The notes beneath the pieces were generated by a model, which was not told the DNA's origin, did no database searches, and saw only the letters and a program-made list of their open reading frames with translations. Shown one piece after another: positions 55,121 to 64,000 of a stretch of 64,000 nucleotides of DNA. Source of the DNA: the human T2T-CHM13v2.0 reference genome, Homo sapiens. A program made the translations under genes and the position numbers. How positions within the stretch are numbered: position 1 is the stretch's first letter; each line of letters begins with the position of its first letter. The stretch lies in the NCBI RefSeq assembly GCF_009914755.1, contig NC_060927.1. One strand, written 5' to 3'.

Positions 55121-56389
55121 TTATTCTTTAGGTCTAAATATCAGCATGTACTCAATGCTTTGTTTTTGGAAAGGGTACATTACTTCCCAAATGATTTTTG
55201 GAAAATGTGCCCTGATGAAAAGAGACAGTGTAAAAAAGGGAGACATAAATTCTGAGAGGGCAGAGACCTTGTGCAGAGGACTAATGGGAGAGGCAGTGGG
55301 CTGAGAGTGGAATGCAGCACATTCTCCGTATACTGTGATATCTTGATTCCTTCCCAAGCTTAAGGGAGCCTGAAAATTTGGGGAAAGAATGCTAGTATTG
55401 GAAAGTGAGAGAAGATGGTTTCTTGGATGGGGAGTTGGGTGGTCTCATCACTCCTTCCAGACATAGATTAGCAAGACTTAATTCCAGAAATATTGTCAGC
55501 CAGTAAAATAAATAGACTAATGACTGTGGGAAAATTGTATGTTAATGTATCTAGGCATTGTTTCCAGTCTGACCCTTAAATATATGTTTAATCAATCTAG
55601 ATGGATGAGCCATCCTGCTCTTAATTAATCTTTCTGGACATTTATAGAGAAACGGCAAAGTCTTTACGAAGACCTTATAAATGTGTTTAAGCTTAGTATG
55701 GATTTTTATTTATGTGCATAGCATGAGCAGTCGTTACTTCTAAATGATGGCTTGTTTTGAATGTTCTCAGACCTTCAAAATGTTTTATTTCCACCCTTGG
55801 GAAGGGAATGGGGGGTGAGTCGAAAGAAAACACGTGATGGCCATTTTCCATGGCACGAGCTGGCTAACCTTTCTGGACTGTGCATGTTTGTTTGGATTTT
55901 AGAGCATTACAAGTAAGGAGGCAGGAAGAAAGAGTTGGGTGCACTCTCTTCAGGAGGGCTTTGTTGGGAAATGGTGCCACATTCAGAGATTCATCTCAGT
56001 TGGGGTGACCCTGTGCTCAATCTCCTCTGCCACAGAAATCGTCAGTATCACACAAGCATTTCCCTGGGGCTCAAAGGCCAGCACTTACAAAAACAGCACG
56101 GCAGTGTTCAGCTGCATTTGTTGTCATGGACTTTTGTTGTGTCAGACATTTCTGGGGATGAATCATCTACTGTGAGTTTGGGAGTTTGGTTCTGATGCTG
56201 TTTGCTGTAGGGATTGACTTAAATTGGAGTCAGTTCTTCTAGGACAGTACGCTGTGTGTGTGTATGCGCGTGCATGTGTGTGTTGCAGATAAGGGCATTA
56301 TCATTCGGTCTTCAAGCTCCTTTTGTCCACTAAATTTTTGTGCCCTAGGATCAATTACTTTCACTATTTTTGTGATCCAACCTTTAGCT

Positions 56390-56960
56390 TCTGACATTCA
56401 TTTGTATTGAATTCCTACTCTAGCTGGCACTGTGCTACATATTGAGAATACAATGGTACATACTATAGACTAAATTCCAAGAGTTTATATTCTACAGGTT
56501 TAGAGTAAGTTGGAATTCCAGATATTGATAAGTGCCCTTTAAAAAAAAATGAAACAAGGTCCTGAGATAAGGATGGCCTGTTTAGAGCAAGAAGAAAATC
56601 CAGTGTGGCTGGAGGAGTGTGGACAAGGCAGGGAGTGGGTAGAAATGTGGTCAGTGATTGGGGCTAGTGCCAGGTCCAGGTCTTGGTGGGTCTCCTGGGG
56701 CACAGAAAAGAGCTTGGGTTTTACTCTAATTGCCGTGGAAGCCAATAGAGGCTTTTAAGCAGGGCATGACACGATCTGATTTAGTTTTCAAAGAAATCTT
56801 GTTGGCAGTTGTGTAGCCTTTCTATTCGAAGCCTGGTCTGTAGATGGACTGGCAGCATGAGCATCATCTGTGAGCTTTTTAGGAAGGCACATTTTTGGGA
56901 CCCACTCAGGTTTCCTGAAGCAGCATCTGCATTTTTAATAGAATCCCCAGTTTGAGAACA
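56390..56960 (-). mobile_element. L2 fragment followed by a MER5A fragment (~56840-56960)
   Basis: TTTAAGCAGGGCATGACACGATCTGATTTAG; CAGCATGAGCATCATCTGTGAGCTT. Confidence 0.6.
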
Positions 56961-57113
56961 GCTCTTGTAGAGAATAGATGGGGTCAGATGAGGAAAAACA
57001 GCTTTACAAGCCCCCACCCTTACTCTTTTCTCAGGTGTAGAAAGCAGATTGTTATAGACAGATTTCTAGACTTATCTCAGTGGGCTGACCCAAGCTTGCT
57101 TCCAAATTCCACT

Positions 57114-57419
57114 CTTTTTTCTTTATTTTTTTTAGATAGGTTCTTACTCTGTTGCTCAAGCTGGAGTGCAGTGATGCAATCTTGGCTTGCTGTACCCTCG
57201 AACTCCTGGGCTCAAGTGATTGCCCCATCTCAGCCTCCTGAGCATCTTGGACCACAGGCATGCACTACCATGCCCAGTTAAGTTTTAATTTTTTTTGTAG
57301 AGACAGGGTCCTGCTATGCTATCCAAGCTGGTCTACAACTCCTGGGCTGAAGCAGTCCTCCCACCTTGACCTTCCAAAGAAAGTGCTGGGATTACAGGTG
57401 TGAGCCACTGCACCCAGCC
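57114..57419 (-). mobile_element. AluJ
   Basis: Reverse dimer; 12-bp TSD CCAAATTCCACT at 57102-57113 and 57420-57431. Confidence 0.92.
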
Positions 57420-58115
57420 CCAAATTCCACTTCTGGTTGGACTAACATAGTTTTTTATTTGTTTGTTTATTTCCCTAATTCCTAGGTGACTCTCCTTCTT
57501 GCCTTTTACTCAGCAGCTGAACTACTGATTTTTCTTTTGGTGTTCCATTTATTTATCTTTCTATTGATTCTGTAACTTCATAGACCCTCAATAAATGACC
57601 ACTATTTCCATCATAATTCCAAGTAGCAATTGCATAAAATATCCATATCTTAAAAGAAAGATAACAGGACTTCATTATAAGGATGGTATAAGTTTGACAC
57701 GCATATTTGTAGGCAGGCCGTTATTACTAACTTGGTATTATGACCACTTTACCATGAAGGGCTTTCTGAATGCTGTTGGCATGTGTGTCAGTTAGGATTA
57801 GGTTTGGCTTAAGCTTTTAAACTGTTAATAATAGTTTACACAAAATAGAAGTTTATTTCTCTCTCATGTCAAAATCTGGAGGGTAGACTGGAATTGCTTT
57901 AAAAGTTCTATTTCATAAAGATCTCAGGTACCTAGACTTTTTCTATTTCTTTTCACTGTGTCTAGCCTCCATTCTGAAGCTGACCTCATGGTCCAGGATG
58001 GCTGCTTTACTTCCTGCTATCTCATTAAAATTCCAGCCATCAGAAGAGATGAAGAGATGGTGCAAAACAAGCACTGCAGCAGACCTTTCAGAAAGGCTGT
58101 TAGAACTGCTGCATG

Positions 58116-58604
<489 letters not shown>

Positions 58605-61600
58605 TTATGGATTGTTGGCTAGACTTAAGATACCTGGCCCCAACCATGTGGCCCCCAGCTCTGAGAAGTATGGTTTTTGTTTTGGGTGGTCAGGAATCCC
58701 GCTAAAAATCAGATGTCTCTGACTACAGAGAAAGTATTAGGGAACAACCAGCAGTTCCTAGCAGCATATTTCAGGGAATGTGATTTGGCATATAATCTAA
58801 ATACACATTGGTATCTCCCCATTAAATTTAATCTAGGCTGCATATTTTGTACCATCATCTCATTATGGTGTCTTGTAATTCTTTCCACTTTTCTTTCCAA
58901 AGGAAAAGCGGTGTCTGATTTGGCAAGAATACATTTCTGCATTCAAAGTTGAAATGTGAAGATAAACCTCACCCACTTGGAATAGGATAAAAGAAAATCC
59001 CCTGGATAGAGGGAAATATGCAAACAGTTCTATTACCATGTGTATCTTTTCCTGAGCTGGGTCTTTATGCAACAAAGGAACTGGAGGTAATCCATGCCTT
59101 ACCGTGGAGTGTTCCTGACTCAGCAACCAGATCCCATCATCACAGTAATACCAGAAGAATGGAAAAAGGTGCAAAGACTGGACTTTCAGAGGAATCTGTT
59201 GTTGTTTTTTTTTTTTTTTAATTTTAAAGCTTAGGTCTGAAATGGGCGCGTTTTAAATATTTCAGCACAGTGCCTAAGAGGATAGGCTGCAAAGTCAGCT
59301 AGGCCCGAGTTGAGAAATGGCATTTCTACTTACAGCTGGCTATTTTTGAACAAATAATCACTGATCTCAGTATATATGCTAGTAAGTGAAAAAAAAAATG
59401 ATACTGTCAGTTGAGGATTCATTTGCAAATTAAATGAGACATTGCATACACAGCACAGCACAGTGCTTGTTTTATTGTAACTACTAAAAAAGGTGGGGTA
59501 TTACAGATTCAGCCCATATTTCAGAGAAAAAAGAAATCTATATTTTTTCAAGAGATTTTTTAAGGATATTCTTGAATCTCATTTATGATTTTATTGATCA
59601 CTTATTGGTTCACCCATTTACTCAAAAAATATTTGACACCTACTATGTGTCAGGTCGTAGTCGGTACTATTTGTTGGAGGGAAGAGGAAATACACCGAAA
59701 TGAATAACACAGTTTCTGTCCTTAAAGGAGCTCGCTGCTCAGTGGAAGAGAAAAGAACTAAAGAGGCAGATCAGTGAGAAAAATGTGCAATATAACACAT
59801 TATTAAAATGAGAAGAGAGAGTTAAACAATCAACATCATTAACTCTGTGGCATTTCCTTAAGATATCATGAATTATGAGACATCCTTTTCTTAACATCAG
59901 GTAAAGGAAAATCTTTCATTAAATGTGTATAATGATTCTGAGTCCCACGTTAGTTTCAGAAACATGAATAAACAAAGAAAAACAAAAATGGAGGAAAATA
60001 GTTATTGGAGGTAGTAAATTACTTTGGTATTGTCAGATGACACAACGTTGGTTTGGTGAGCTAGCTGCAGGTCTGTGGACGAGAGCCCCAACAGGAAAAT
60101 TTCAGTTGGGAATGTCTTTTTCATCAGATGGGGAGCAACTCATTGCTATGGCAGGGTCTGGTGCCAAGAAGGACTAGTAACAAATTTTGGGGTGGTTTGT
60201 CTGTTTGGGGCTTCCTGTACCTGGAAGCTAACTTGTCTCTATTTTCCTCAAATGTGTAGTCAACCCGAAGAATCATCATAGCCATTGCAGAAACCCTTTG
60301 GACTCTTGCTAAGAGTGTGAGATGTTGTAAAGTCTTTACACCATTTCCAACAGTCTGTCATTGAGTGATGATAACTAGGCATTTGACTTGTCTCCCTCCA
60401 AAACTGATCATAATACCATACCTACCCTTCAATTTGTAGCTTCTTGTTGCTCTTAGGATAAAGACCAAAACATGGCCTAGGCCTGTGTGATCTAGCCCTT
60501 GACCATCTCTTGAACAATTATCACTTCAATAGGGGAGATCAAGTCCATAATCATTTTTCATATCTATGTGCCATGTGTCCTGTACCATGCTTCTCACTCT
60601 CTCTGTTCTAGTCCCTCTGGCTTTTTTGTAATGTTCCAGTCGTTAACTTAGCATGTTTTCATTTGCTTCAGGATCTCTGCCTGCTAGGAGGGTCTTTCCT
60701 TCTATTCTGTGTTATTATTGAGATTTCACCTCAAGAGCTTCACCTCCTCCTGAGAGCTTGCCTAACCACTCCCATCCCTCCCATCCCTCCCATGGGTAAG
60801 GTGGGAGAGTTACGTTTGAATTACTATCTCAAGATTTTTTATTGTTAGAATTTGTACTACCAACCAGGTCAGTAGACATTTTTTCCAATCATTTTTCTTC
60901 TGATTCTTTTTCTTGGAAATTCTTGAGTATTTCTTTCTCTCTAGTCTCTGTGGCAAGTTATTTATTTGTTTTCCCATAGGCTGCCCTGCTCATAAGCTCT
61001 TATAGACATCTTATTCTCTACAAGAATTGGGTAGGTGAGGAGAGGAAGGATATTGATAATAGTTAGCAACTAACATTTAGGATGCCATGTCAACTTTGTC
61101 AGCAGGTAGCCATCCTTCCTGGGGGCTAGACAGCTCCCCACCTCCACACACTGTTAACATGGAGGTTCTGTGTCTTAATTCTAGCAATACTCCCCTACCC
61201 CCACCCCCACCTTGGACTACTGTGATCTGGTGCTACAGGAATACCTGTCTTAATTGGCCAGGCTGGGTTTCCTGGCCGATCACTATGGTAAGGGAGAGAG
61301 GATTACCCTACATTTAGTTCATTGGGGCCCATCCCTAGAGCTAGGCATGGCGCAAATCTGACTCTACGGCCGGTACCCATTGGGAGATCAACACTTTGCA
61401 CTTCTGCATCTTTTACTCTTGGTGACAGTGTTTTCATGGATTAAAAGCCTACTCTCTACTAATTCCTAGTGCTAATCTCTAATAAACAAAGCAAAGCATA
61501 GAACGAACAAACATACTATTACGTTGGTTGAACTGCATTTAGCATCCATATGTAGAAAGCCTTTCAGAAGAGGTCTGATTATTTAGATTTAATTGCTCCT

Positions 61601-61789
61601 CAGAAAAACCAATCACTTCTGGCACACAGACATAAAACTCTGCTTGCTTACACCTATTCTAAAAACTTTCTTTCAAGGATGGCTCAGCCTTACTCTACCA
61701 GCTGTCAGATTAGAAAAGTGAGGATTTTTTCTTAAGTTAGGAATTTAGTGAAAGAGGAAAAGAAAAGGTAGTTGTTTCTCTAAGATTCA

Positions 61790-61945
61790 TCACAGTTACC
61801 TGGAGGGTTTGTTAACACACAGATTTTGGGGTTCCACATGCATAACTTCTGATTCATTAGGTCAGGGGTCAGGCTTAGGAATTCATATTTCTGACAAGCC
61901 CCTTGGTGCTGCTGCTGCAAGGACTGAACTTTGAGAACTACTGAG
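61790..61945. mobile_element. MER5A
   Basis: TTCTGATTCATTAGGTCAGGGGTCAGGC...ACTTTGAGAACTACTG. Confidence 0.75.
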
Positions 61946-62043
61946 CTGTAATGATTCTGTTTGACAATTTGAGGATGAGAATAGAATTTGTCCATAGTTT
62001 ATCATGCTTGTTTTTGAAAATCTGACCACAAATTTGTAAACAT

Positions 62044-62477
62044 TGAGAAAAGAAAAATAGCTCAGAGGAGTCTGAGTTATCTGAGCTATGTAAAATTTAT
62101 CAGTCTCAGAGAAACATGAACATGGGACTTCATGCATGACGCCCTTCCACACACATGTCCGGGAGCAATTGTTTATAGGCATTTTGTTCCTATTTAATAG
62201 TGGCCTTACCCATTATCTTCTTGTTTCTGGAATTTGTGATGCAGAGAACAATGTATATAGCCAATCAATAGCTTATGTTATTTTAATGTAAATTCTTGGT
62301 AAACATCTTAGGAACTGCCTCTTCATTTTTTCCTTAAAAAGCCATTTATAACTGTTGCTAATCAAAGTATATTCAAGGCAACTTGAGTCTATGCTCTGGG
62401 ATGGCCATCTTCCATTAGGGGCTGCAATAAACTCTATACTAATTATATTTTCTGAATCTCATTATTTAAGGGTGACA
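62044..62477 (+). mobile_element. ERV solo LTR (LTR47-like; subfamily uncertain)
   Basis: TG...CA ends, CCAATC box, TATA-like TTTATAA, AATAAA near the 3' end. Confidence 0.65.
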
Positions 62478-62535
62478 TCATTTTCAGTTCAATCCAGGAA
62501 AGTAATTCCATTATCACTTTTAGTGCCTATGCACC

Positions 62536-62891
62536 TGTATTAGTCTGTTCTCACGCTGCTAATAAAGACATACCCAAGACTGGGTAATTTATAAGGAAAG
62601 AGGTTTAATTGACTCACAGTTCCACATGGCTGGGGAGGCCTCACAATCATGGTGCAAGTCAAATGAGGAGCAAAGTGATGTATTACATGGCAGCAGGTAA
62701 GGGAGCGTGTGCCGCGGAACCCCCATTTGTAAAACCATCAGATCTCATGAGACTTATTCAGTCCCATGGGAACAGTATGGGGAAAACCACGCCCATGATT
62801 CAATTATCTCCACCTGGCCCCACCCTTGACACAGTGGGGATTATTACAATTCAAGGTGAGATTTGGGTGGGGACACAGCCAAACCATACCA
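62536..62891 (-). mobile_element. THE1B/C MaLR solo LTR
   Basis: TGTATTAGTCTGTTCTCACGCTGCTAATAAAGACATACCC...GACACAGCCAAACCATACCA; 5-bp TSD GCACC. Confidence 0.93.
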
Positions 62892-63074
62892 GCACCCAAG
62901 TTTTCTCTTAATTGTTCCCTCTATTAAAACCTAAAAATGCCCTCTCCTTCCTTCAGCAATTGGCAGCTCTTCTTTGCCCCCCCTTTCAGCATCTAGTTAA
63001 CCACAGCTGGACTGAAGAGCTCACTTTAGGAGCCCAGGCTCCCAGGGATCCTGAACGGCACAGAGGTGTATAGG

Positions 63075-63270
63075 CAGCAGGCACTTTGCTAATGGCTTTC
63101 TGGCATTATGGCATTTAGACCTCTCACCATTCCTGTGAGGTAGGGACTAATTGCCTACCTCCCAGAGAGGAAACTGAGACTGAGAAGAGGTTATGTGGCT
63201 CTTTGCTGAGCAAGAACTTAACACAGGTCAGTCTGATCTCAGGTCCATGTTCTCCACAGCCGAGCTGTAC
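63075..63270 (-). mobile_element. MIR SINE
   Basis: AGAGAGGAAACTGAGACTGAGAAGAGGTTA core. Confidence 0.7.
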
Positions 63271-64000
63271 TGTCTATCAGGTGAAATTGCAAGAGGAAAG
63301 TAAACTACAGCAACTCCTTCCATCATGATCCAAAAAGCTCCCCTTTCTCCCTCAGACTCCAACCCTATGCGCCCAGCTTTCCCCCTAATCTGAAGAAAAC
63401 AGTGAAAGGACTATGATTCCTGAACACCTATTAATCAGAGAAAAGCAAAAAATCCCTACCACAGCAAGTTACTATTCATACCGGCATCGCTAGTGAGAAG
63501 TTATACCATCCATTATTTTGATGGGTGCTGGAGGGAGGATAAGGATGAGATCAGCCCCAAACAGATCCAGAAATTATTGGCAAGTACAGTTGCGGGGTGT
63601 GTTTTGTACCTTTTTCAACCTTTCACTGAGGATAAATAGCCTATGACAGTAAGTAGTTATCTGTTTGAAAATGCAACCAAAAATAAAAAGCCTTACAAGG
63701 GGAAAAATGAAGAAGATCAGGAATGGAGAAAGAAGATGATAAGGAGTGAGTGTTGTATTTTTCTCCTTATCAGAGAAATCCATTATTGCACCATATTTCT
63801 AGTCCACAAAATGATTGCCCCTCAATTTATTTCCAAAATTCTGACCCCAGGTTTGTTACTGGGTGAAAAAAAAAAAAGTGAACAAACAACCCTAGATTTG
63901 TCTGAATGCATTGATAAAGGTAATCTTTTGTTTTTAATTCCAGATAAATGTAGAAATCCTGCATGAAAGTTAGCTAAAACTGAAGCTTGGCTAAAAGAAT

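Noticed and set aside
63601-63966. 107-aa ORF or possible exon with GTAAGT and GTGAGT donors
   Set aside because: Acceptor would be a weak GAG and the ORF has no recognisable homology; unsupported without RNA data.

Overview
Human (primate) genomic DNA, recognisable from the translated exons as the 5' end of ADAMTS9 (chr3p14.1). ADAMTS9 coding exons 1 (3207-3321) and 2 (2232-2632) lie on the minus strand inside a ~4 kb CpG island. The antisense lncRNA ADAMTS9-AS2 most likely starts on the plus strand inside ADAMTS9 intron 2 (first exon ~530-1002). The remaining ~60 kb is ADAMTS9 upstream region and AS2 intron, dominated by Alu, L1, L2, MIR, MaLR/ERV LTR and hAT/Tigger/MADE1 remnants and microsatellites. 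Nearly all other ORFs in the track are repeat-derived or GC-skew artefacts. I see no foreign, prokaryotic or CRISPR-like system. The most interesting sequence-level observations are: (1) a candidate translational-control module in the ADAMTS9 5' leader (a uORF for a signal-peptide-like 49-aa peptide plus a 7-tract G-quadruplex abutting the start codon); (2) a MADE1/miR-548-type hairpin in the AS2 intron; (3) a palindromic, apparently templated insertion inside an AluJ head; (4) a diverged ungapped 97-bp duplication upstream of the promoter; (5) a perfect 15-bp hairpin with a GCA loop; (6) several unusual retrotransposition structures. Repeat subfamily calls and boundaries were made by eye and are approximate unless TSDs/TIRs are quoted.
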